Source of the DNA: Cycas panzhihuaensis
Lineage: Eukaryota; Plantae; Cycadophyta
Direction: 5' to 3'
Assembly: GCA_023213395.1 (NCBI GenBank)
Contig: CM041465.1
Coordinates: 221,657,741-221,721,740 of the forward strand
Length of the DNA stretch: 64,000 nucleotides
Every line of letters starts with the position of its first letter. The stretch's first letter is position 1. Both the position numbers and the translations under genes were made by a program. This document shows, in pieces, positions 1-13,249 of this stretch. The notes below the pieces were generated by a model. It had not been told where the DNA came from, made no database searches, and was given only the letters and a program-made list of their open reading frames with translations.

Positions 1-916
1 CATTCATTTGATTTCTTATTGGAAGCTTCCTCTTCTGCGACTAGCTTTAACAATTTTCACTCACCCTTCATTTTTTTAGATGCATACTCTATAGTCTATA
101 GGTGACTCCTCATAGAAATAGGTAAGCAACCATAATCCTCTTCACACAAGATCTCCATCTCTTCTAGCTATGCTTGCCTTTAAGCAAGGTATAGATGCCT
201 CTTTACTCACATAAAATCTTCTCGTCAAGCCCTCCTTATCCCACTTATCTTCCACACATAGACTTTTTCAATGACTAGGTGTCACTTCCTTAGTGGATAG
301 CCATAAACCAATGGGCTAAGGCCTGCCACACTCTTCTCTTTCATGCAAATGCATATGGCTCTCTCTCTACATGTGGGCAAAATTTTCTCTTTCCATTACA
401 TTATCCTTTCACAACTAGAGTTTCATCAATCCACAGGCATTTTCATTTCAAACATAGTCAAACAACACCACTATAATCTTCATATAGCTAGAAATGGTAT
501 AAAATGAAGGAAATAGGAACTGAACAAGCTCTAAACAGTATCAAATAATCATGGCTCCATGATGGTAGTTCATCATTATTCATCATAATAATGACCTTCA
601 AATAGAACAACACTTGAGTTACACAATGGTATAAAATGTAACATGGTAGAACAATGAGGAATAAGCTCAAAATAGAGTCTAAATAGACCAAAATAATTGT
701 AAATAGGCTAGAAATAGGATGAAACATGCCCAAAACAAACCAAAATGGAAAACTTATATATACACAAAATGGAGTCTATTTCCTCAAAAATGTTTTACTA
801 TTATTTCTTGTTTCTCAAAATAGCTTTACAAACAAGCTTAGAAATCATCATAAAATGAAATGATTTACATATTGTTATAGCCACAAAATAACATGTAAAT
901 ATTATGCCCTCATATA

Positions 917-1252
917 TGATAGAATCATGGGATAGAAGGAACAAAGAGAATACACGAGAGAGTTAACTATCATCTTGATAGAGTGGTGGTGTTGATGAAC
1001 ACTAGGGTCTTTATACCCCATGAATAAATAGGAAAAATGTGAGAAAGATGTGTTAAACTACTCAATATTTATCATTGATTAGCATTGATAAATGTAAAAA
1101 ATGATGTCACTGATATCTAACGAAGTGTAACTAAGTGCAATTAGGATATGACATAGAGTTGCCATAATATCTCTACTAATATCTAGGTTATCACTCCAAT
1201 GTAGGTAATTAACCCTAAGTGGATACGAGCTCGAATGGGATTTATTCTAGTA
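917..1252 (-). repeat. 3' LTR of Copia-1
   Basis: Starts TGATAGAAT and ends ATTCTAGTA (imperfect terminal inverted repeat); directly followed by TTTCTCCCCC (PPT on the minus strand). No partner LTR in the window. Confidence 0.7.
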
Positions 1253-1264
1253 TTTCTCCCCCAT

Positions 1265-4200
1265 AATACCCATTTAGGAAGATTCCAAGTTTATCTCTAA
1301 ATTTAATAAGCTTTATATTGCTAAGCTCCTTTGTGAATATATTTGCCACATATTCTTTTGTGCTATAATAGACTGATTCAAGCTCACCTTATTATACCAA
1401 CTCTCTGATGAAGTGATGTTGTGTTTCAATATGCTTTATTCTACCATGAAACATGGGATTCTAAGTCATCTAAATTATGCTTTGATTATCACAAAGCATA
1501 AGTGGTACTAACATGTTCCTCCTAATAAATCTTGTAGCAACCTTCTAAACCAAACTATTTTACATACTCCTACTACAATTGCTTTATACTCTGCTTCTAT
1601 AGTAGATAGAGATATTGTGGCATGTTTATTTGAACTCCATGCAACTATAATTAAAACTAAACTAAATATATAACCAAAGGTAGATTTCCTATCATCTATA
1701 CAACCTGCCCAGTTTGAGTCTATATATCTAACTAATCTATAGTCCCCTAATGACCTATAATATAATCTATATCTAACTATATCTTTTAGATACCTGAGAA
1801 TTCTTTTGGCTTCTTACCAATGTTTTACCTTAGGCTTATGTATGAATCTAGAAATTATACTAACTGCATACATAATATCTAGTCAAGTGGAAGTTAAGTA
1901 AATCAGACTCCCAATCAATTACCTATAGAATATAGGGTCAATTTATTTTGATTCCTCAAACTTGGACAATTTCAACCCAACTTCTGCTAGAGTTACAAGT
2001 GACTTGTAACTACTCATGTTGAACTTGTGTAATAAGTCCAATGTGTATTTCCTTTAGGATATAAATATCCCATTTTTATCTTGCCAAACTTTTATGCCTA
2101 ATAAGTAATGAATTAGTCCTAAGTCTATCATCTCAAATTCCTTATGCATATCCCTTTTAAATTTTTTGGACAAGTGTTCATCATTCCTATTATATATTAA
2201 GTCATTAACATATAAGCCCACAATAAGTATGGAGCTTTCTTCAATCTTGAAGTATAAATTAGAATCAAATTAACTACTTTAGAATCTTTTTTCCTTAAAA
2301 TATTTATCTATCCTAGAGTATTATGCTCTAGGTACTATTACTTAAGTATATACAAGGCCTTTTTAAGTTTATAGACCTTGTTTTCTTTACCTTTTACTTC
2401 AAAACCCTTTGGTTGTTAGACATATATCTTTTTATTAACATAGCCATTTAGGAAGGTACTTTTTACATCTATTTGGTAAACTATCCAACCTTGTTGTACA
2501 ACTAAGACCACCATCAATCTAACTATTTCTAGCCTTGCAACTAATGTAAAAGTCTCATTGTAATCTATGCCCTCAATTTGAGCATAGCCCTTAGTAACCA
2601 ACCTTGTCTTATACTTGTCAATTATTCTATTTGACTTACACTTGGTCTTATAGACCTATTTAGTCATAATGGCAATTTTGTTTGGTAATATATCCACTAA
2701 CTCCCATGTGTTATTGTTTTCTAAGGCATTATATTCATCCTTCATTGCTTTCTTCCATTCATCCTGAGTGTTAGCCTTTTCAAATTTGTAAGGCTCATTA
2801 GACTCTATAACCTGAGTCATCAATGTAAATTTACCCTTCAATATCTTATAGTCCTTCTCTTAAAGTTGGTGTCTAAAATATTTGAAGGGTTATGAGCCCT
2901 TTGTACCCATTTAAGAACCCTTTGATTTCAAGTAGAGGGTCCTACTTTATCTGTGTTAGGTACATTTGTACTCTTAGAATTTGATTCTATTTCAATCATG
3001 ATATTTTTCCCTTTATCTTTTTAAATAACTTTTTCTTGATAAAATTCATCTTCTTTAAAGAGAATATCCCTCCTTATAATCACCTTTTAACCTTTTGGAT
3101 CATAAAATTTATAGGATATATAAGAGTCATTATATTCTATAAAGATATATTTGATGCTCTTATCATCTAACTTAGTTCTCCTTTGATTTTAAACATATGC
3201 ATAAGATATACACTCAAAAATCCTTAAGTGTTTGATGCTTGGATTATAACCTGTTTAAGTCTTTTATAGTGAAACCCACCTAACTGCCTTAATGATATAC
3301 TTATTCAACATATAGATGGTTATGTATATAACTTTAGCCTAAAATTCACTTCCTAAATGCTTATTCTTAAGCATACTTCTAGAAATTTCAATAATTATTC
3401 TATTTTTTCTTTTAGTAACCCCTTTTTTTTATAGGGCATAAGGATTAATGAGCTACTTTCTTATACCACAATAACTGTAATAAGCCTTGAAGTAATTTGA
3501 AATGAATTCTCCCCTATTGTTTGATCTTAGGGTTAGAATTCTAAGTCCACTTTGGCTTTCCACTAATGTTTTAAAGTCTACAAAATATTATAGAGCATCT
3601 AACTTAAATTTGATGAAGTAGAGCCATGTCATCCTTATGTAGTTATCAATAAATATTATAAAGTACTTAGCACCTCCATGTGATAACATATCCAGTGAAT
3701 CATATAGATCTATATATATTAATTTAAGGGGCCCATTGGCCCTATAACTTTCATTGAAAATCCCTTCCCTTTGTTGCTTTCCAAGTATGCATCTTTCACA
3801 TAATTCCTTATTAAGTTCAATAGTAGGAATTCCAATTACCATATCCATTATTTCTATTAAGGCTAAACTATTAAAATTTGCATAGCTAAGTCTTTTATAC
3901 CATATTTTACTATCCACATTTGTTGATGTATTTAAGGTATAATAATTTATTAGGGGTATGACCAGTTTGAATAACCTATAACTAGTTATTTGTCCCTTGG
4001 CCACAATTGCTTTACTCCTTAATTTATCCTTAATAATGTATTTCCTATTATCAAAGACCACTTTATGCTTCTGTTCCATCATCTAACCCACTAAAAATAA
4101 GTTCTCCTTAAGAGTTGGAATATGTAGTACATCATTTATGCTCCTAGTTTCTCCAAAATTATCTATTATAGAGACATTTTCTTTTCTAATAGCTTCTTGA

Positions 4201-5426
4201 GTGGTGTTATCCCTAATTATAATTTTACTTTCTTGGAGTTATCCAACTCCTTAAACCACTCTTCCTTATGAGTCATATGGGTAGAATACCTTAAATCAAT
4301 ATATTAGTTATCTTCTTCCTCATTGACCATTAAGCTTGACAGAAATACACTATCATTTTGTCTTTCCTCCACTGTTATGTTACCAATTCCCCTTTATGAA
4401 CTTGACCTTGTTATCAAACAATTTTCTTTTAAGTGATCATTCTTATGGTAGCAGGAATATTAAATGGTTTCTCTACCCCTTAGACTCTATCTGTTTGTCC
4501 TTTGTTTCTCCCCCTAATACTTTTACCTCTTCCTCTTCCTTGAGTTCCATAGTTTTGAACTTGACCTTGGCTTTGAAAATACCTTTGATCTTAGTATTAC
4601 TTTTGCCCTTAATAAAATTGATTTGGGCTATGTCCTTGATAGTTGCCTTGACATTGTGCTTGAAATCCTTGATAATAACCTTTGAAGTCTTGACCTTATC
4701 TTTGAAACCAGTTTCTTGGTTGGCCTCTAACTCTAGGGGATTGACCTCTATCCCTAAAAATTTGTCCTCGGTAATTGGGTCTAATTCTTGCCTTATTGAT
4801 AAAAGCATGCTCAATGGATTCACTCCCTCCTTTCTTTTCTTTATCTGCTAAAAGCATAGCAATTAGTTGATCTATTTTGAAGGTGCTAAGGTCCTTAGAG
4901 ACTTCTATATTAGTGGCTACCATCTCAAACCTCTTGATATCACCTATATATATTAGGATATTTTTAACTACTCTTTATTCATTAATTATCTCTCCTACAG
5001 ACCTTATCTAGTTAACTAAGCCTTAGACCTTTGTAATAAAATCATTAATTTCTTCACGAGTAGTCATCCTTATATTTTTAAATCTACTTCTTAAAGTTTA
5101 AGTCTTAGATGATGCTGCTCCTTTATGTGTCATATTAAGTATGTCCCAAGCCTCCTTTGATATTTCTGCTTCACTAACCCTTGGTAAGATATGGTCTTTT
5201 AATATATAAAGTGCATGAGTGAAAGTACCTCATTGCCCTTCTTTTCATTATCCTTGAAGCATTTCTTCTTGTCCTCCCTGGCATTTTCAACAAACAATCC
5301 ATATCCTGTATCAACAAGCTCCTACATATCTTTGGTAATAAAAATTAGCTTCATATGCCTACTCTAGTTAAAAAAATTTATGCCATTAAACTTAGGCACT
5401 ATAACATTTCTAATATTTGATACCAT
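1265..5426 (-). pseudogene. Copia-1 gag-pol polyprotein pseudogene
   Basis: Begins MVSNIRNVIVPKFNGINFFN*. Contains LCERCILGKQ (INT Zn motif), KYFIIFIDNY, QIDVKSTFLNG (RT) and ANIFTKEL (RNase H end). Many stops and frameshifts. Confidence 0.9.
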
Positions 5427-6299
5427 AATGAAAAGATTGCCTTGAAAAGTAACTTTTTGAAATGTAAAGTGCTTAAAATAAAGTGTAATCAAAGCACTAA
5501 AAGGCAATAAAAAAAACACTTAAAAGCAATAAACTTTGTCCTACTTCACCTCCAGGACTTAGACAAATATCCTAATTAAGACTAAACCGCCTCAAAAAAA
5601 AAAAAAAAAAATTGTATTAGTGAGAACTTACAAACTAAAATTTGACTAGTTTATATAAAGGACATCACATAAGAGGCCCTCAACTAATTCTAATTTTGAG
5701 CATAAATAAGTTACATTTGATAATTATAATGGATATGAGAGTGAGGAATTATGGGACGATTCAAACGACCTGTGCTGGAGCTAGGGTTTGTGACATAGGA
5801 CTGTAGGTGGTGGTAATAAGGCTGGGATCTAGTGACGGGTCCAATGCATCACACAGGATAGAGGGTGCCATGGTGTCCCCCCTTATCAGACACTAACACT
5901 ATTTGGAAGGCAAATGACCCATACGAACTAGAGACAGGAGGGACAAACTCTAGATGCAGAGGACATGAGAAGACTGACGGGCGAAAACCAGGAGACATAG
6001 GCTTAAAGTCTTCCCTTTCACCTACAGAATGGAGCTAGATGAGAGCAACATCACTATATTGGTGGTGGTTCCAAATCTTCAGAGCGGAGCTTGGGTGTAT
6101 CCCATTGGAGCGCCTCCTCATAAAGAGATAGAATGACTGTGCAAAGGGAGATAGTAACTCTATGTTTGAGGATGAATTTGCCCAATGGCCAAGGTATGTT
6201 TTCTGTAGTTTTGCAAGTAAGGGGTTTGCTTCAAAACTTTTGAAATATGGATAAAAATTAAATCACCCAAAACCAGAATAATAATCCTTCTTGGGAGAG

Positions 6300-7550
6300 A
6301 TCTTACTCCGATGTATTAAGATCTAGCAATGAAGTGACTTATGATTTAAACCCTATTATACAAGATAATAAAGTTAGACTGAAAATCCCTCAAGGTTTAG
6401 TGGATAAAATGGAGAAATTCTAGGAGAATTGCCTTGTAGGTCAATTCTCCAGGCCCAGACCCGGGCTGGAAATTATCAGAAACTAGACTAGGACCAAATG
6501 GAAGATAGTGGAAAATGTGGAGGTTATTGTTATACCAAAGGGTTGCATCCTATTTAAATTTATTTCCCATAAAGACATGACTAATATTCTTCTAAAGGCC
6601 CCCTAGATGTTGGGGAGGAAAGCATTAATCCTTGAGAAATGGCACAGAGACTTTGATCCTTCAGTTCCTAAGGTCAAGCAAGCACCCATTTGGGTCCAGT
6701 TGCCAGGTCTCCCATTGCAATACTAGAACTTAGAGGTACTAAAAGGGATTGCAAAAGCTGTGGGACCTCTATTAGTTATGGATTCTACAACCAAGAACAG
6801 AAGAAGACTTATTAATGCTAGGTTTTGTGCTCTGGCAAGGATTGACAAACCCCTACTGGAAGAACTTTGGATTGATATGGAGGATTAGAGCTGGGCCCAA
6901 CCCCTAATTTATGAAATGGAGAACTTCAAATGCTCGGCCTATAGGAGACTAGGTCATCTTCCCCAGAAATGCCTAGGGGAAAAGAATATAGAGGGGGATA
7001 ATCAGGAAGAAAACTTGGACAACTAGTAGGAGGTGACAGACCCTCACGAGTTGGTGCAAGGGGAATGCACTATAGAGGTGCAAGTCGTCCCCCCCTCTGA
7101 GGTCCAAGTTGACAATCCTCCTAAGGAGCAAGGATGTCCTCTAGGGTCACAAGGTGAGACCTCTCACCAAGGGGTTATGGAGCTCGGGTTTGACCCTAAC
7201 AAGGAAGACACTCTTTCTGAAACAGGTGAGTAGGAGGCTCACGCGCCAGGTCCATAGGAGTTAGTAGGGAAAGAAATTACCCCAGTTAGTCTAGGGGCAT
7301 TGAGTCACCCTCCTTTATCCCACTCGAAAGAGGTCTAAAAGAAGATTTTAGATGTTGGTTTTGAAAAACAGGTGGGCAGCCCTCCCATGAAATTGGTTAG
7401 AGAAAGGGAAAGGGTTGCCTAGGTGGATCAAGGCAACTAGAAAACTCTTAATGATAACTTCCTCGAAGGACCCAAACTCAGATCTCACACTAAAGGACGG
7501 GACCCACCCAAAGGGGAGGGCTTAGAGGTTTGGAAGCAAAGGAGAAAGAG
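6300..7550 (+). pseudogene. L1-a ORF1 (DUF4283-type plus zinc knuckle)
   Basis: Reads CLVGQFSRPRPGLE...APIWVQLPGLPLQY*NLEVLKGIAKAVGPLL...CSAYRRLGHLPQKC. Boundaries approximate. Confidence 0.85.
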
Positions 7551-10500
7551 ATGGAACTCATCTCGTGGAATGTTAGGGGTCTGAATGCCCCCTTGAAACA
7601 AAGGATTATAAGAGATATGAGAATAAGAGAGCACCCAAACCTCATGTTTTTACAAGAAACAAAGTTAAATATGGATAATAGCCTGAAAGTTGGAAATAAA
7701 ATATGGAGGAAAGATGAAGGTATAGAAGTAGGAAACACTCAAGGGACTGGTGGTCTAATGGTGCTGTGGAACCTAGACGAATGGATTGGAGAAACTTTTA
7801 AGGAGGAGGACTCATTTATATCCCTGTGGCTAACCAATAGAAGGGATAACATAAGATGGTTGGCTACAAATGTGTATTCTCCCAACCTTTAAAAGGACAG
7901 GAAGAGGTTATGGGATAAAATCTTAGTATCCCATAGAGATTGTAGTTCTCCTTGGCTATTAGCAGGCGACTTTAACATGGCACTGTGCCCAGGAGATAAG
8001 AAAGGGGGTTATGATGGTTAGACAAACAATATACATGAGTTTGGAGGTTTTTTGCAGAGGGGGGGTTTAGAGGATGTGAAGTTGAGGGGTGTATCATTTA
8101 CCTGGTCTAATAAAATACTGGGCAAGCATTTCATCTAGATTAAATTAGACAGGGTACTAGTCAACTATGATTGGGTGAAATGTTTCAATGATTATACCTT
8201 GGAGGCTCTTCCAAAAATAAGATCAGATCATTCTCCCCTTCAGCTTAAGTTTTCAGATTCGGAAAAGTATATGGATTACCCCTTTAGATTTGAATTGATG
8301 TGGCTCAGACACCCTGACTTTTGGAAAAAAGTAGAGGAATAGTGGAATGTCCAAATTCAAGGTCACGCCATATTTAGATTTTCAAAGAAGCTAGATTGGG
8401 TGAAAAGACAGGTAAAAAATTGGAATAAGGAAGTCTTCCAGAACATACATGAGCTCAAAGATCAAATCAGTGTGGAATTGAAGGATATCGAATATAGAAT
8501 ATAAAAAGAGGGCGAATCCCAAGAGTTGGACAAGACTGAAAGGGATTTAATCGATTGCTTGGAGGAGACTCTCAATAAAGAAGAAATTCAATGGAGGTAG
8601 AAGTCTATGGCCACTTAGCTCGCTAAAGGGGATAGAAACACTAAATTTTTCCACATGACTACAGTAAGGCATAGAGTGAGTAATAGGATATCATGTCTCT
8701 AAAAGGAAGACATATCGACTGCGTATTCCACAAAAGAGATGAAGGACCTGGCTAGTGATTACTTCAAAGATCTATATGTTGAACTGTAGGAAAGGAATGC
8801 AGATACTAGGAAGGATTTATTGAGGAACATCCCCAGTTTAGTTAATGAATCTCAGAACTCCTAAATGAAAGCCCCATTCACTCAAGAGGAGGTTAAATCA
8901 ACGATTTTTGGCATGAAGAGGGATAAAGCTCCAAGTCCAGATGGCTTTCCTTTAGGGTTATTCTAGGAATTTTGGGATATAATTAAAGATGATTTTATGG
9001 AGGCACTGCAGGAGTTTCATTCAAACCATAAGATCCTTCAAGAATGGAAAGCCACATTTCTTGTTATTATACTGAAGAAGGAGGGGGCTAATAGGATGGA
9101 GAAGTTCTACCCTATTAGCCTCTGCAACGTCAAATACAAGATTTTAACTAAGGTTACGGTCAATAGATTAAAAAGGGTCATGCCTAGCATAATTTCTTAG
9201 AATCAGGATAGTTTTATTCAAGGTAGATAGATTACGGATGGTATTATTATGGTTCATGAAACTATCCACTTAATTAAGGAGAGGAAGGAGCCTGCGATGA
9301 TTACCAAGATGGATCTCTCGAAGGCTTTCGATAGAGTCTCATGGGATTGCCTTTTGGAGTGCTTGGAAGCATTTGGATTTGGTGAGAAATAGAGGGCTTA
9401 GATTAAGCTTTACATATCCATCCCCCAATACTTGGTTATAATTAATGGTACATCATCCAGATTTTTTTCAGGCTACAGAGGATTGAGACAAGGTGATCCT
9501 CTATCTCCCTTCCTTTATATATCCATGGTCGAAATGCTGGGTAAAGCTATGGAGGCTGCTAAGAGACAAGGGCTTATTAGAGGCTTGAGGCCAACATCTG
9601 GTGTAGACAATGTTCTCCACCACCAATTTGTGGATGATAACATATTCTTGAGGCAGGATACTATTAAAGAGGCCTCCAAGATTAAAGAAGGATTAAGGAA
9701 CTTCGAATTGGCCATGAACTATAAGGTTAATTCAAACAAAAGTAGCGTTTATTTCATAAACACCCCAGGGACTACCCAAAGTAGGATCAGTAGTATCCTT
9801 AGGATGGGAATCAAGAAACTTCCTACAACTTTCCTTGGTATGCCTCTATTTGTTGGCAAGATGACTAAGGACATGTGGAACCCTCTTATAGATCAAATAC
9901 AAAGGAAGTTGGCTGGCTGGAAAGGAGCCCTTCTTAGCCTAGCGGGGAAGCTTCAATTGGTGACTATTTATCTTCAAAGCATTCCAGTATTCTAAATGTC
10001 CATCTTTAGAATGTTAGTGGGCATCTCAAACATATTGGAGTCCATCCAAAAGAGATTCCACTAGTCAGGGGTTGAGGAGAAAGACAGAATCCATCTGGTG
10101 AGTTGGAGTAAAGTATGCACATTGAAATAAGATGGGGGCATTAATTTGAGAAGAATATCAATCTTCAATTATGCCCTGGTGGTAAAATTAGGTGGTGAGA
10201 GGCTGTGGGAGAAGATTCTTATTTAGAAATATCTTTAAGGTGGCTCACTCCTGGAGAACCTAGTTACCCCCTCTAACTCAACGATTTGGAGGAGAATATT
10301 TAAAGCATGGAACATGGTGAGAGCCGAATTGAAGTGGAAATTGGGTAATGTCAATACTATAAGATTTTGGGAGGACTCTTGGTGTAGAGACAAAGGCTTG
10401 AAGCAATGTCCTGATTTAGCCCACCTCTAGGCCCCATGTGAAAGAATATTTGGATCCTACGTGAAGGACTATTGGGCTGGGACGAGGAGAGAAAAGAATT

Positions 10501-11730
10501 GGAGGAACTTGGATGAACTCTAGAGGGACTCCTAACTCTAGGATGGCCTTACTATACTTAAAAGGATTCTCGACAAATGTTATATTCCTAGGACAGCTAT
10601 AATGGACACTATCATATGGCCTTCAAACCAGTTTGGGGAGTATTCTGCAAACCAGGGATATCTCTTTCTCTACACTAGGAGGGGTGACCATAGGAATGAG
10701 ATTCTAGAAGGGGTGTGGAAATTAGATCTCATCCCTAAGATAATAGATTTTTGGTGGGTCTGCCTCAAAAAGAAAATTCTAACTATGGATAATCTAAAGA
10801 AGAGAGGTTTTCACATCACTAATAGGTGTATCTTGTGTTATAGAGTGGAGGAATCCATAGATCATATTTTGCTCTGGTGTCCTTACTCAAGAGAGGTTTG
10901 GGGGCTACTGCTAGGCAACTTGGGGGTGAAGTGGACTTTCTCTGAGAGCATTATAGACCAATGGTCTTATTTGCATAGTCCCTTCAGGACCAGAGTTCTA
11001 AGCTGTCTGTGGAAAAATTCTTTCTCAGTGCTGGTGTGGAACATTTGGAAGGGAAGGAATAGAAGGATCTTCCAGGAGAGATAGATGGATCCAAATACTA
11101 TCTTCAACAAAATCTGTAGAGAGATCAGGGAAAATGTTAATAATAATAAGTGCAAACAAATTATTCTGATGGAAAGTAAGATTCTGTAAAATTCTAGGAT
11201 AAAGCCAGCTATTAAGATAGCTAAGGTGAGATTTAGTTCTTGGACTCCTCCTTAGGAGCTCTGGCTAAAAATTAACTTTGATGGTGCTTCAAAAGGTAAC
11301 CCTAGGGAAGCTGGGGGTGGAGGTATTTGTAGAGATGCTCAAGGGAATTCTATATGGGCCTTTGTTGATTACTATGAACATTAGACAAACCATTTCACAG
11401 ACATGTTTGCGATGCTCAAGATTGTCGATCTTGCCCTGGATGGTGGCCCTAGGAGGTTAGTTTTGGAAGGGGACTCTATGACGGTCATAAACTCATTATT
11501 AGGCACGGCCTCTCCAGATTGGAGATGTCAATCCATGATCAAAGATGTTAAGGAGTTTTTAAAGGACATAGAAGATGTTTAGTTTCACCACACATTTAGG
11601 GAGGGAAATAAAGTGGCTGATTTTCTGGCTAATTGGGGGGTTAGGCACAAAAAAATTACTATCTCAAGGGAGAACTTTCCTGAGGAACTTATGATTCTGG
11701 TTGAGAATGATAGGATCCGAGATAGCTAGC
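7551..11730 (+). pseudogene. L1-a ORF2 (APE endonuclease, RT, zf-RVT, RNase H)
   Basis: MELISWNVRGLN and FLQETK (APE), GLRQGDPLSPFLY and QFVDD (RT), NRCILCYRVEESIDHILLWC (zf-RVT), KINFDGASKGNPREAGGGGICRD...LEGDS...REGNKVADFLAN (RNase H, ~11270-11650). Confidence 0.92.
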
Positions 11731-12652
11731 CATGGGGCTTTTCCTGGCCTTGTATTTCTTTGCCTAGACTGTGGGGTTGTCACGGCTATTATGATCGGGA
11801 TGTCGCTAGACCTTTGATATACTAGGTTGTGGGACCATGTTTTAAAAACCCACATTTAATTCATTTTTTTACCTAATAAAAAAAAAAGTTATATTTGATA
11901 ATTTCAAAAACTTTAAAATTTTAGCCACTTAATAGAAGACAGAAAATAGACTCCAACACTTCAAATAAGACTTAATTCTAATATCATATGGTCAAGTTAT
12001 ATATTAAAATATTTACAAAAAAAAAAAAAAAACATTTTTAACATTAAAGGCTTAAATAAATTTTGCATCAACTTAACCCATTAAAAAGTGCATCAAATTA
12101 AAATGAATATGGTGGTGTGATCACTTGTTTTGATCGGGTAAAAATGAATTCTAATCTAAAGTTAACAGAACTAACTTTTGACTTTGCTAGTAAACATTGT
12201 AGGCATTAGAGTAGAGACAGGTCTTATTTATTGAAACACCAATTTTGAAAATGAAATTAGCCCCTTTTGTAAAAGTGATTCTTGGTCACTTTGAGTGCTT
12301 AATGTGACCCTATTAGCTACAAAGGGAGGGGGGGGAGTGGGTCATTGCATTAACAGAATAATTTTGTCAAAGTTATGCTTACTTATCAATCTTTAATTTG
12401 TGTACAACCATGGACCACTTGATTCTTTGAGGATGTTACTAGAAGAGGATGTTCATTACCTCAAGCACCTTCAGTTGCAGTTTCAACAAGTATGTATAAT
12501 GTAAAATATTTAACTATTTTGTATAATATAAAAGATTTAATTGCTTATATAAACTCCTTAGCATAAATAGATCCATCGATCAATAGACATAAGCAATAGA
12601 TTGACTGTATATAAAAAATGGATGACATAAACAATTTACTCAAAGTGCAAAC

Positions 12653-12654
<2 letters not shown>

Positions 12655-12704
<50 letters not shown>

Positions 12705-12710
12705 ACACAT
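12655..12710. repeat. (CA)n microsatellite
   Basis: Direct read. Confidence 0.95.
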
Positions 12711-13249
12711 ATAGATAGATATATTCAAATGCAAATGCAAACAAAGCATTGGCTCAATGATTTCCACAATGTAAATACACAAAAGCATGCATAATATAGT
12801 GGGGAAAATATATCATACAACAGGCAGACAAAGGTATTAGATAGAGAATTTTAAAGTAGGGAAACTATGTAGACTTTACTTATGAGACAATAACGGTCTT
12901 TTAACTTTAGCTTTCGGATTGTATGCAGTTATAGTATTATTTGTTGGGTAGCAACAAGTGAGTTCTCCTTCTCCTTGATTATAACATGCACTTCTACAAA
13001 GCCAGTTGTTGACATAAGCTACAACTCACATATACACAAATGCAATGATGTAAATAAACCAGTAAATTGCCATACATAAAGTAAGCTTCCAACCAGATGT
13101 GATAGGAGTGTTATAGCTTAAATACATTGATATTATGTATATATCTAGATGAATAAATAGACAAAATAAAGATGAAAGCCACAAATAATATAAATGATAT
13201 ATTAAACTAATTGAGGGTGTATGTATACCAATAATATATATAACAACAA

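Larger units (their letters stand above)
5726..11885 (+). mobile_element. L1-clade LINE (L1-a), apparently full length, with C-terminal RNase H
   Basis: ORF1+ORF2 remnants and a poly(A) tail ending ~11885. 18-bp TSD AAGTTA(C/T)ATTTGATAATT at 5708-5725 and 11886-11903. Confidence 0.95.
917..12330 (-). mobile_element. Ty1/Copia LTR retrotransposon (Copia-1), degenerate, 5' LTR not found, interrupted by L1-a
   Basis: gag-PR-INT-RT-RH order on the minus strand (ORF fragments 2416-2601 RT, 3588-4082 GAG-pre-integrase/INT, 4696-4923 gag). PPT at 1253-1263 abuts LTR 917-1252. Right boundary is approximate. Confidence 0.85.

Noticed and set aside
4336-4851. 171-aa + strand ORF and similar antisense ORFs (e.g. 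41973-42278, 51997-52284, 52358-52603)
   Set aside because: Shadow frames opposite retroelement coding sequence.
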